From contig OZ024742.1 of assembly GCA_964016885.1 (NCBI GenBank), positions 174,158,001 to 174,222,000 of the forward strand: a DNA stretch of 64,000 bases, in the 5' to 3' direction. This stretch comes from Eledone cirrhosa. Taxonomy: Eukaryota. A program made the translations under genes and the position numbers. Below the pieces are notes generated by a model, which was not told the DNA's origin, searched no databases, and was given only the letters and a program-made list of their open reading frames with translations. Positions 1-12,188 of this stretch are shown piece after piece (the first letter of the stretch is position 1; each line of letters opens with the position of its first letter).

Positions 1-1336
1 CGAAAGTCCAAAATATTCTAGTTGATAAGAAAATTAGGATGTTGTCGTTATTCAATCCGGAATTTTGTAGTAATGTAAGATGTGTTTCCAGACATGTGGA
101 CAACGTGTGAAGAATTCAATCATGAATTTAGGCATCGCTATTGCGTAATCTCTCTAGAATATTTATCCTTTCATCAATACATACTTCACAAGATGGATTT
201 CCCTTTGGACTTAGTGATGGCTTTCCATTGAATGGAGTAGTCTATACCTGGGTCATTTAGGGACCATACGTGGCTCGCGATTTTCGCGGATGGTCGTGGA
301 CTGATGTTTAAGGAAGCATTCCTTAAATCGGCCCTCCGCCATATCCACATAGGATTTGATCTCCTGTGGTTGATTTGGTCGGTTGGAAAGTACACAGCTT
401 CATAAACTACAGCGGTTTTGTTGCATTGCTGTTGAAAGGGACAAGCTTCAGGCTTACGGCAAGAGCACTCCGGTGGGATCTTGCTCTTAAGGGTGTTGGT
501 GATGTGGGCCTTCATATTCTTAGCGCAGGAGTACCCTAGTTTTACTTTGTATCTGTTAAATATGGAGCAGAAAGTGTCTATCTAAGAGGGCTCAACATTT
601 TTCTCCTAGATTAGTTTTAACGTTGAATGAGAAGAGAGGAGAGAACCAGATAATTTGTCTATTGTTACGCTTTCTTTTCTTATTGTTGTTGTTGTTAGTG
701 GGAGAGTAAGTGATAGGTTGCGAGAAGCCGCCGTTACTAACGCCGTGGTATAGTAGGGTGCCGCTCTGTCAAATATAGCCTTATTAGAGGAGAGGTTAGA
801 GATTGTAGTACTGATTTTATTTCCGAAGCTTCTAAAAACAGTGGGAGGGTGGCATGAGTCCTTGTGAATGTAATTGAGCTTTTCGTTAAGCTTATGGAAG
901 GGTCTGTAGGTGTGTGTGCGAAGGTCTAAATTAATGTCTAAGAGATCTACGCTAGAAAGGTTGGTAGCTACTGTTATCCTATGTCCTAACTCATTGAAGG
1001 TAGAAGTTACGTCTTTTTTAAAGCACTTTTCTGGTTCTATAAGATCAGGCCTTCGTCGCGGTTTATTCCCCTGTGGAAATCCGGGAATCTAACATGTAAT
1101 ATGCCTAAAATAAATAGGCCAACCAAGTCGCATACGTCAGCACTACCAAACGATCCCATGGAGACGTCGAATAGTTCTGAAGTGGTTGACTTCTTTGCCC
1201 AGGATAATCCGTTGGTGAAGAGGAGGTTTTTCCGGCAGTGAGCGACGATTTCCTGGTCTAAAACATGGACGGTAGTGTAAGTGGTAGGAAAGTCCAACAC
1301 TTTGCTTAACAGAGTCTCTGAGATCGACGGGTAAAA
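1..1336 (-). mobile_element. Penelope-like retroelement (PLE), 5'-truncated and decayed; RT core plus GIY-YIG endonuclease region
   Basis: ORF 1037-1393 has FYPSISE...LFDVSMGSFGSADVCDLVGLFIL...GINRDEGL (PLE RT motifs, degenerate YRDDGL). ORF 186-515 has CSCRKPEACPFQQQCNKTAVVYEA...SHVWSL...YSIQWK (Cys linker and GIY-YIG domain). Stops and frameshifts lie between them; it abuts (TA)n at 1337 and runs off the window start. Confidence 0.85.
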
Positions 1337-1474
1337 TATATATATATATATAATGTGTGTGAATGTGTTTGTATGGAGGATATCCGTAGACAAAAAGCCA
1401 AGGAAAACAATGCTTAATATAGTAAAAGAGAGTTATTTAGTATATATTAAACTTTCATACACTTTACATGTATG

Positions 1475-1940
1475 TGTAGCGGCCCCTTACGGTTGTGACT
1501 CAGCACGTATAGGAGTTACGTCCCTTTGCGACGGGCGCGACACCCAGCGGCAGATTCATGTACTAAACGGTGTTGCGTCCCCCTGGGGACTATATAGTCG
1601 AGGACAATCAAGGCATAAGACACGCTCTACTCCTGAACTTCGAAGGGACAAGAACACCTGAGACCTTGTCAAGAGATGACTCCTGTTTCACTTCCTTCGC
1701 AGCCAAAAAAAAGAACAGCGGCAGCCTAAAGAAACACTTGAACCTTACCAAGAGAAGATTTTCTGTTTTCCTCCACACACTCCAGTCTGGGAGTTGTTAC
1801 CACCTGAACATCAACATGTGGTAACAATTCTTTATAACAATTTCTTTGACTTCTGTGAAGTAAATCCATGTCACAACTCTCACCTGCATTTATTGTCATT
1901 CTTGATAATATTTATATACACTGATACTAATTTCTTAAAT
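1475..1940 (+). repeat. 5' LTR, lacking the last ~43 bp present in the 3' LTR
   Basis: Collinear with 6244-6709 at roughly 95-96% identity by eye; followed directly by the PBS. Confidence 0.9.
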
Positions 1941-1954
1941 TGGTGACCTGACGT
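1941..1954 (+). promoter_or_regulatory. Primer binding site, tRNA-Trp type
   Basis: TGGTGACCTGACGT resembles TGGTGACCCCGACGT, the complement of the tRNA-Trp 3' end, immediately after the 5' LTR. Confidence 0.75.
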
Positions 1955-2321
1955 TTAAAAAAAAAAAAAAAAAAAGAATGGGAAACAGTAAAATGTGTAT
2001 ATAAAAAAAACATTTAATACAGAACAACACATTTGATTCTGATATGGTTGTATTGACCGAGATAAACATATTTCTCTGTAACACTGCTTTCTTCTCCATC
2101 AATAGTGTTTCTGGCGCGAAATAGTCCGCCATGTTGCTTTTAGTTTTAAATTCCCTGCCTATACCTTATTAATGACATCGCTCGGTTAGTCGCTCCTTTG
2201 CATATTGTCTCGGATGCATTATTTTTCCTGTCCAGTTGTTTGACAGAGAAAAATAAGCGACTTTGTTTTCCTTTTCTGTTGTGTTGGAGACATTTTTCCA
2301 AACGGAGACGATTTTTTTTTT

Positions 2322-5300
2322 TTGGCAAATTACCTACGGTATATCAATGGCATCTCATTCAGCCATTATGGCGATGCAGGAGTCCATTCAGGAACTCACC
2401 CTGGAGCACCAGAAGATGAAGGCCTATGTGGTGTCCGTTCGCGCCCACGCAACCGCGGGAGATCTCAATCTTTTAGACGCCGTTCCAAATCACCAGCTTC
2501 ATCTTTATGCTGGTACCATGAGCGATTCGCCGAGAGAGCGAACCACTGCGTGCAGCCTTGCTCGTTTCATAAGGCGGGAAACGCCTAAGAGGTCCGCTGA
2601 AGGGGGAAGTTGACCTCAACATAAAGCCACCAAACCACCATTTCTTCATTAAGGACCTTATATCGGGAAGAGGTTTTTTCGTGGATACAGGAGCCTCCTG
2701 TAGTATTTGGCCGGTCCATTGCCTTAAAGATACCCCGAAGAATCACTCGTTCCTCTGCAGGCCGTTAATCACTCGTCTATAAAGACGTATGGGAAAATCT
2801 CGCTTCCTCTGAAATTCCTAAATCTTCGTAGGGATTTTAAGTGGATTTTTACGGTTGCCGATTTGCCATACCCTATCTTAGGAGCGGACATCCTCCACAA
2901 CTTCTCGTTGACTGTGGACGTCCGTGGCCAACGCCTGGTGGATGACATCACCAGTTTTTCAATTCGTGGGCAGAAAGCTAATTTTCCAACTGTTAGCCCG
3001 AACTTTTTCATCGCTAATTCTGGGAATCCCTATCATACATTGTTGAATTCTTTCCCACAGCTTACTCAGGGAAATTTTCGAGTTGTCGAACCGACTCACA
3101 CAACGGAGCATTTTATCTCTACAACTGGCGTCCCAGTGTTCTCACGTCCTTGTCGCTTGCCTGTGGACAAATCAAAGGCAGCACGGTCCGAGTTCGACCA
3201 TATGCTGCAGCTGGGCATTATTCGCCCATCTACGTGTCCTTTGGCTTCACCGTTACACATGGTGCCCAAGACTTCCGGCGACTGGAGACCCACTGTGGGT
3301 TATAGGAGGTTAAATGCTATGACCGTCCCGGATAGGTATCCCATTCCCCATCTCCACGATTTCGCATCTTCATTGCAGGGGTGTAAGATTTTCTCCAAAC
3401 TAGATTTAGTGCGAGCCTACCAAATTCCGGTCAGGAAGGAGGATATTCCGAAACGGCGATTACAACTCCTTTCGAATTTTTGACCATGCATTTCGGACAC
3501 AGGAACGCCAGTAGCACTTTTCAGCGGTTCATAGACGAAATCACTCGTAGTCTGGACTTTGTTTATGCTAGTTCCTCTCCGGAAGAGCATATGCGCCACA
3601 TGCATCTCTTATTTCGGCGACTTCAGGATTACCGCGTTCGTGTGAATCCTGTTTACGGTTCCACTTCGCTAATTTTTTTAGGCCACCTCATCGACGCCGA
3701 AGGTATTAGGCCGCTCCCTCAGCGAGTTCAAGCCATACAGGATTTACCTCCGCCTACTACACTTCACCAGTTGCGTCACTTCTTAGGCCTTATCAATTTC
3801 TGTAGGCGTTTCGTTCCTCATTGTGCTAATTTGCTATCTTCCCTTACTGACATTTTGAAAAATCGTCGTAAGAAGAATGAGGATATTTCCTTGACACAAG
3901 GACAGCTTCAAGACTTCCAGACTGCCAAGACAGCACTCGCTAGTTCATCTTTGCTAGCCCACCCGGTACCAGAGGCCAAGCTTTCGCTTTCTGTTGATGC
4001 ATCTGATACCGCTGTGGGAGCAGTTTTACAGCAGTTCAACGCTGGAAACCAACAACCTTTGGCATTTTTCTCGAGGAAGCTGAAACCAGCAGAAACGCGT
4101 TACAGTACGTTTGGGCGGGAATTATTAGCCATATATCTATCGTTGAAACATTTCTCTCATATTCTTGAGGGGAGAAATTTTACTGTTTTAACCGACCACA
4201 AACCTCTGACTTTCGCTTTAAGGCATAAAGCCGACAGATATTTGTCCAGAGAGACAAGGCACCTGGACTACGTTTCGCAATTTACAAATTATATCCAGCA
4301 CATTGCTAGCTCGCATAACATAGCTGCAGACGCATTGTCACGTTTGCCAATCAGCTCCATCTCGTCATCCCAGGAGATCGACTTAAGTCGTTTAGCTGCA
4401 GACCAACCTGCACTCCAATCGTTGGATTGTCTTTCTGACGAATTTGCGACTTGCATCTTCAAATATCTGCCCTTGTCGCCCACCGACAGGCAGATTCTAT
4501 GTGATGTATCTACGGATTCACAACGACCATTTGTTCCTGAGACTCACCGTCGAATTGTGTTCCTTGCTTTGCACAGCATTTCTCACCCAGGATATTCTGC
4601 CACAGTAAAGATTATAACGGCTAGATTTTTCTGGCCCAATATGAGGCGAGTAATTACTGTCCGGTGCCGTTCCTGAACACAGTGTCAACAATCTAAAGCC
4701 CACAGACACATCCGGACTCCACTTGGTACTTTAAGTACTCCAGATGCTCGGTTTCAACACATCCACATTGACATCGTTGGACCTTGTCCATTCAGCAGTG
4801 GATATTCGTACCTCTTGACCTGTATCGATGGTTTTTCGCGATGGCCTGAAGCCATCCCCTTACAAGATATAACTGCCTAGACTGTAGCGCGTGCCCTGGT
4901 ATCAGGGTGGATTACCCGCTTTGGGGTACCAACTACAGTCCCCACAGACCGTGGTAGACAATTTTAGTCTCATCTTTTCTCTGAGCTCACAAAGATCATT
5001 GGCGCTCAACGGATTCGGACCACAGCCTATCATCCTGCTTCAAACGGAATGGGGGAACGATTCCACCGCCAATTAAAGGCCGCTCTTCGCGCCTATCCAG
5101 ACTCTCAACGTTGAAGCGAGTACCTTCCTATTGTGTTTTTAGGAATTCGGTCATCAATAAAGGAGGACCTTGGGTTCTCCCCGGCCGAATTACTGTATGG
5201 TGCTCCTCAAGCGTTGCCTGGACCCTGTTTCCTACGTATCTCGTTTTCGCTCCTATTTTCAGGACTTACCGCCCATGAATACTAGGAAACAAACTATTAA

Positions 5301-5500
5301 AGCTGCAGTCCCGAGGGATATTGCCTCGTGGACACATGTTTTCGTAAGAAACGATGCCGTGAGACCACCTCTCACACAACCGTACTCTGGACCCTACCGT
5401 GTATTAGCTCGTTCTGATAAACGTTTCACTGTAGACATTAAGGGATCCAGAGAGACAATTGCGGTTGATAGACTTAAACGGGCCCACACAGATGCTCACA
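2322..5500 (+). pseudogene. pol: Gypsy gag C-terminus plus pol (protease, RT, RNase H, integrase), with many frameshifts and stops
   Basis: Gag knuckle CWYHERF...CVQPC; protease FVDTGASCS (~2680); [37 protein letters not shown]; RNase H VDASD..YSTFGRELLAIY..TDHKPL; integrase HSISHPG..RFFWP, HIHIDIVGP and TTAYHP.SNG.GERFHR. Confidence 0.93.
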
Positions 5501-6231
5501 CACCTGAGCCACATACACCCCCATCTTTCTCTTTTGCACACACACCTGTCCCCCCCCCCCCTCACCAAGATACAAGACCACGACCCGTTCCGGTCGAAGA
5601 GTCCACTGGCCCAAGGAGCTGTAGAAGATCACGCTATCTAGCGTCGACTTTGAAGGCAGTCGATTAACTGCCCTTATTTCTGACGTCAGTAGCTGAAACA
5701 ATAACTCTTGAACGGTGAGACCTAGGAGTGAATAGACGTGCTATCTCTATGCAGTGATCCACAGGATGTTATCACAACAGGCGGCAGTATATGACGACTA
5801 AAATATATGCCAACCTAGGAGCACTAATATATTTGAATATATTCTGTAATTGCTCCTGTTAAAATATGTTTCTATAACATAAAATTGAGGTATGTTCCTT
5901 ATTCCTTGTTTGACTATGTGCCAGTAAACAATATCCAATTAGACGGGATGTCTGACGACCACCCCGCCTAAAGAACTCTTCCAGACTGTTATCATATGAA
6001 CTGGCCACTGGAGCCTTTTTGGAAACAAACTCTGCCAAACTGTTTTCATGTGAACAGGCCACTGGAACCTTTTTTTTGTTTTTCTCTTTATTGTATTACT
6101 ATGTACCTTTTCCTTACCATTTTATGCCTGATTTCATACATGTACCCTTTGCGTTGATATTTCATGCCTGTGCTGGGAGCCCATGCTTGCGGGTTCACTA
6201 CAGTTACCTTCGGGCTGTTCGCCTAGCGTCT

Positions 6232-6240
6232 GGAGGAGGG
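6232..6240 (+). promoter_or_regulatory. Polypurine tract
   Basis: GGAGGAGGG, 3 nt upstream of the TG of the 3' LTR. Confidence 0.8.
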
Positions 6241-6243
6241 TAC

Positions 6244-6752
6244 TGTAGCGGCCCCTTACGGCTCTGACTCAGCACGTGTAGGAGTTACGTCCCTTTGCAA
6301 CGGGCGCGACTCCCAGCGGCAGATTCATGTACTAAACGGAGTTGCGTCCCCCTGGGGACTATATAGTCGAGGACAATCAAGGCATAAGACACACTCTACT
6401 CCTGAACTTCGAAGGGACAAGAACACCTGAGACCTTGTCAAGAGATGACTCCTGTTTCACTTCCTTCCCACCGAAGAAGAATAACACCGGCAGCCTAAAG
6501 AAACACTTGAACCTTACCAAGAGAAGATTTTCTGTTCTCCTCCACACACTCCAGTCTGGGAGTTGTTACCACCTGAACATCAACATGTGGTAACAATTCT
6601 TTATAACAATTTATTTGACTTCTGTGAAGTAAAACCATGTCACAACTCTCACCTGCATTTATTGTCATTCTTGATAATATTTATATACACTGATACTAAT
6701 TTCCTAAATAAGCATAACCTTAGTTTTTTTGCGTCCAATTATGGCCCCCACT
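6244..6752 (+). repeat. 3' LTR
   Basis: Direct repeat of 1475-1940, extended to GGCCCCCACT, an imperfect inverse of the TGTAGCGGCC start. Confidence 0.88.
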
Positions 6753-7033
6753 GTATATTAGAGGAGTCGTTCTAATACTGGCCTCACTTGTCAGATGCTA
6801 GATCAAAGTTTAAAGAAAATCCATTACTTCACAAAATATATTCATATTTTGTAGTTAGATCTCCTCATCAGGTGCAAGAAGAAAATTTGAAGAAAAGCCA
6901 TTACTTCATGAAATATTGTCATATTTCATAGTAAGCTCTCCTCAAAAGTATTAGAACAGCTCCTCCGCTATACAATGGTGCCCATAACTGAACCTCGAAA
7001 CCTAATGTTGCACTTACATGTTAAGTGTATGCA

Positions 7034-7072
<39 letters not shown>

Positions 7073-7073
<1 letters not shown>

Positions 7074-7454
7074 TAGCGCTCTCCCAGCCTTGCCCTGGTT
7101 TGTACTGTACGCAAATCTATTCATAAGACACCCATTGGCGTCGATTGTAAAGCCAATTTTCTTAAAATAAAATACGTTAAAAGGTATTTAAATATTGAAT
7201 AACATACTTTTAAAAAACTTATTTAGAATCTCTAAATACAGTAAGTAATAAAGGAAATAATAGAAAAATATATTCTACAAAATTTATAAAATGCTAGTTG
7301 TAGCCTGGTTTTATTTGAGACATATAGAAACACACACATTGTTTTCACACGTGTCAATAGACTTGCACTTAAAATTCCCAGCATTTTCAGGTGAAAACAC
7401 TCTCTACATATCTATCTATCTATCTATCTTTCACACACACACACACACACACTC

Positions 7455-7497
<43 letters not shown>

Positions 7498-9087
7498 ATA
7501 TCTATCTATCACCGTGTTTTTTTCTCAACAACAACCTGTTGTTTTTTTTTTTTAAATTTGAATTCGATCTATCTGTCACACACACACTATCTCTCTCATT
7601 GTATTTCTCTCTCTATAACAACAAAACAAAAACAACCGGTCATTATAGTGAAAGTCTTTTTTTGAAGTCTGTGTTGCATTGTTTATATATTGAATGAAAC
7701 AGAAATACTCACCCACAGAAATGCACAGACATAGATACACTAAGAACAACAAACATAATCTGTATTTTCGTTTGTTCAGACGTTATACTTTAGTTGGTTA
7801 GAGAGAAAAAGGAGGAATGAATGAGAGGTGGAGTAGCATTTTCCCCACTAGAGAGTGTGATGGATGGACTGAGAGACACGGCTCTTATTATAGTATATGT
7901 TTACAGAACTTCAGCATATACCATGTTTTAATTTTTTTAACATATCTGAAAAGTTTGTAGGAGCTTCTTACATTGGAACAACCTACATACAATTGACCTA
8001 GTAAGAAACAGCCATCGTCTAGATGAAGAACAACCTGGAGAAGTGGTTGAACATGGAACTTGGTGATAGTCCTTGTGTAACTGACTCTCACTGGGAAATG
8101 CATTCATTTGAAATGAAAAAGAACATCTGTTGGCATAAGCAATATTCTATGTATAAATACGATATCTCCTTACAACATCCCACGAGGATTTTGATTTCTA
8201 TAATGTGACAACCATACGTGCCCCTTTGCACAATCTTGGCAGATCCAGGTTTCTGATAAGCATGATGACTCTGCACTTCTTCAATTCAAGATTGCATGGT
8301 GGCATAGCAGAGGTTCACAGACTTTTGAGAAATACAACAGGTTGATGAACAGCTGTGCCTTTGTCAACAACTTTGTCAATAGACTTTTATAGGTCTGGTT
8401 TCATTCATGGATCATTTGTGAAAGTTTTGTGTCAGTGGCATTTACTGTGTTGCTTTAGAGGGCAAGGATTTCTCTTTCACACAGTCCCTCCTTGTTGAAA
8501 TGATGGATTTTGAAACGCTTTTCACAAGAATACAAAATAATGAAAGTTGAAAACATCCTTCAGTATCAAGGGATATTTAGCTTCCATACAGTTTCAGAAG
8601 CTTCTGAGCAAACTCTGCAAAAGTGTTGTCACAATGAGGTTGCACCCACGTGTTGGTTCTTAAATTGAGTTTGGTGGTGTGTATTGGATAATGTTGATGA
8701 TTTTAGTGAAGCTCTAACTTGATCAGGGTAAATCCCCATTGATATCACAGGTAAAGTTTGTGGAAAGTCCCCTGATAAAACAACAGTGAATCTTCCCATG
8801 ATTGGTGTGCTGTTCCTGATATCTTTCAATGTTCTGTTCAAGGTCTCCAATACTGTCTGTATACTATTGTGCATTCATCTTTTCAATACTCGGGCAGCTT
8901 CTGAGTACTTCATTATATGACACACAGACATTTCATTTAAATTGAGGCCCAAGTTCAATTAGAAAGTAGAATGATCTGTCTGACCTCAAAATAAAAGTGT
9001 AGTGGCAATTCCAGATGAAGCAACCGCTAAAGCTATTTCTTGTTATGTCTCTCTATCTCCCTATTTGTATGTGTATTTCTCTACCTG

Positions 9088-9119
<32 letters not shown>

Positions 9120-9120
9120 C

Positions 9121-9186
<66 letters not shown>

Positions 9187-9526
9187 TATCATTTCACTCA
9201 CTATCTCTTTTTATTCTATATGTATGTGTCACTCATTATGTCTGTCAGTCAATATATATATATAAATGAGATAGAGAGAAATTATATGAATGGATAAACC
9301 TGCAAGAGTACTTGACACAAAGTCATTGTGCTAGAAAGAGCAGTAAAATCACCCCTCTCCCCCATCATTCTGTTTTCAGAGAAGTCACTGGCGAGCATCT
9401 CAAAGGTCAGTTTAGTTGAAAACACACACAAATCTTTAATTATTACCCATTTTGTTTTGTGTTATCAGCAGTCAACAATTAAACAAACTTTCTTTATGTA
9501 TATATATATATGTCTGTGCATGCGAG

Positions 9527-9565
<39 letters not shown>

Positions 9566-9874
9566 GAGATAGAGAGACATGGAGAGGGGCAGAGAGAGAG
9601 AGAGAGAAAGAGATAATGAGAGAGATAAAAAGAGATTGATAGAGAGGAATTGTATGAATTCCTAAACCAGCAAAAGTACCTGCTAGAGAGTCACTGTGCT
9701 AAAAAGAGCAGTACAATTTCCCCCACGACATTCCGATGGCAAATAGTATTTGGAGGTCAGATTAGTTGAAAACATGCGAAAAGCTTTAATTATTACAAAT
9801 TTTATTTGGTGTTATTTGCAGTCAATGTACAAACACACAAACAAACTTCTTTTCTAAAGTATTGTATATGTAGA
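7073..9874 (-). mobile_element. Decayed Helitron with Pif1-family helicase remnant
   Basis: Minus-strand 3' end is hairpin + CTAG|T at 7073-7106. Helicase motifs at 7900-9030: ASSGIAT (~9010), LNRTLKDIR..VVLSGDFPQTLPV (8629-8874), LIRNLDLPRLCKG (~8240) and FPVRVSYTRTITK..GQLYVGCS (7888-8103). The 5' TC end near 9874 is tentative. Confidence 0.75.
9270..9860. repeat. Diverged direct duplication of ~220 bp (9270-9500 / 9640-9860) in the Helitron 5' region
   Basis: Shared collinear blocks GTCA.TGTGCTA.AAAGAGCAGTA, GGTCAG.TTAGTTGAAAACA, CTTTAATTATTAC and CAAAC(A)AACTT. Confidence 0.7.
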
Positions 9875-9898
9875 TAGATACATATATATGCATACACA

Positions 9899-10080
9899 TT
9901 CATCATCGTTTAACGTCCATCTTCCACGCTTGCATGGGTTTGGACGGGAGTTTTCCCACTTGAGGCAAGAGTGGTTGTCTCGCTCGCATAGGACTGTCTG
10001 GCGGGTTTTCTACAGCTGGATGCCCTTCCTAACACCAACCACGTTTACAGTGTGGACTGGGAGGTTTTTACCGTGTTACC
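9899..10080 (-). mobile_element. RTE-type LINE 3' UTR fragment
   Basis: (CAT)n tail then TTTAACGTCCATCTTCCACGCTTGCATGGG...CTACAGCTGGATGCCCTTCCTAACACCAACC; near-identical to 39453-39670. Confidence 0.75.
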
Positions 10081-10204
10081 TACATAGCCACATTACAGCG
10101 TGGAGTACATGTATGCATATATATATATATACACAAGCATACTCATACATACACCCATATAGTGATATATATACACACACATACATACAGATGTTATTAG
10201 ACCT

Positions 10205-10580
10205 TTGTTGGCCAAGACAATGAATATTCCAGTACTGGTGCCATAACAAAAAGCACCCTGTCCACCCTGTCGGGTAGTAGTGTTGGGGTCACAGTAAAAT
10301 TCTTCCATTAAACTGTGTAAAGTGGTTGGTGTTAGGAGGGAAATCCAGCCATAGAAAAAATGGTCCCAGTAATGCTATAAAGAGGTTGGCATTAGGAAAG
10401 TCATCCAGCCACAGAAACCATGGTCTTAGTACACACTGATATGAGGTTGGTGTCAGGATGGGCATCCAGCCATAGAAACCAAGCCAAAACAATGTGTATT
10501 AGCAAAACTTAGTCATCTGACCAGTCTGGCTTCAGCACACAACAGGATGGAAGATATACAATAATTGGGGATGATAATGA
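10205..10580 (+). mobile_element. RTE-related 3' UTR fragment with a ~55-60 bp internal tandem triplication
   Basis: Three copies of GGTTGG.(G/A)T(T/C)AGGA.G..ATCCAGCCA(T/C)AGAAA at ~10324, ~10384 and ~10445; ends in a GAT-like tail. Confidence 0.6.
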
Positions 10581-10595
10581 TTTATTATACACACA

Positions 10596-10656
<61 letters not shown>

Positions 10657-12188
10657 CATGAGATTCATAATTACACACATACATTTACTGTACATTTCAC
10701 CTAACATGGGAATCACACTGCTGTGTTATAGTAAAGCCAAATGAAATTCTATTAAGTCTAATAAATCTAATAGCTCAATTACATATAATTTATCTTCTAT
10801 TTGATATAATACAATAGAAATAGCAGACATAGACAGCTAAGAATATCCATTTGTGAGGAGAAACCAATATGGAATGTTAAAAAAATTATATTGTTATTTA
10901 GAATTTAGCTGCTGACTGAGTTTGACAAAAGATTGCATTTTGTCCATAGAGACAATATCACATAATTAACATAAGTGTTTCCTTTAAATCTGTTTTGTAT
11001 TTCTTCTGTTCCTTTCATTACAATTATAATTACCAATTTAGATTTAAAACAATTGCTTGTATCTTGTAATTAAGGTGAACAATAATGAAGGGGAGTAGAA
11101 GAAAAAGAAAAAAAGACATTGCTGGTGCCATGATTTGTAATATGTTTGTTGATATAAATTAGTTTTATTTCAAAACAAGGATAAACACAAATGTTTAGTT
11201 GATTTGGAAGAATTGAAATATTTAAGTGACTTAACTTTGGAAACTCATAGATGTTGTTTCAGTGAAATTAGTGTAATATGGGCATACTTTTATAGACAGT
11301 TAAAATATTTGAAGGATTAATTCTGACTAATGGATATTCTTTAGAATTGGTAAGATTAGTCTGAATGATCTTAGGATGTTCTTAACTCATTTGATGCCAA
11401 ACTTCCTGAAATTAGCCCTGGTTCTATAATAAAAACTATTTATTATGAAGTGTTTGTATTCCTCAAAAAACTTCCCATTATGATATTATGATATAAACTT
11501 TATTAACTTAGGCTTCAACCACCAACTTAATACTGAGATAGTTAGTACCAAATTTCTTCAAATTCTTGATTATTTAAAAATATATTTGAAAATCATAAGC
11601 AGTGCCTTTCAACAGAACAATTTCATAAAAGCTGGAACATGTTTCAAATGTGGCAGATTGCATTAGAAAAATTAGCAGAAGAACCGCCCTCGGACGATTT
11701 TCTGCTAGCATATATAGTGTGTATATGGATATACGCAAATATATATGCACATATATATAATAATAAATTGACAAAATGCACATAAACTGAACAAAGACTG
11801 TGTTACACTTACTTCTGTAATCAGTAAAGTAATCCATGATACATTTTTAAAAAAAGGCGATAATGGAGATGGAAAAGTGATGAAACTGTTGACGGAAAAT
11901 GTTCATGAATCTTCACTTGAGAATGTCGATGGGAAGCTTCAAGCAGTGAATTTGAAAATAGATGCTGCTGGTATGAATGAATGAATTACATTTACCAATA
12001 TGAAGAGTTGACCTTCGCTATATTGTTGTTTAACTGTATTCACATATAGACTTCTTAATTTTTTGTAGTGTCCATTTTCGAGCAGTAAAAAAGTAACTGA
12101 AATGCATTTCAACTAAAAGAGAGTGATAGCTGTTTCACATCACTGTAGAATTTCTTTGTAGTCACAGTTGTCAGCAAACAGACCCTTT

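Larger units (their letters stand above)
1475..6752 (+). mobile_element. Ty3/Gypsy LTR retrotransposon, full length but decayed
   Basis: Direct LTRs starting TGTAGCGGCC at 1475 and 6244; PBS at 1941; PPT at 6232-6240; domain order PR-RT-RH-IN; candidate 5-bp TSD GTATG (1470-1474) / GTATA (6753-6757). Confidence 0.95.

Noticed and set aside
1570-1824. 84-aa ORF duplicated at 6342-6593
   Set aside because: It lies inside the LTRs, so the duplication is explained; non-ATG start and no recognisable domain.
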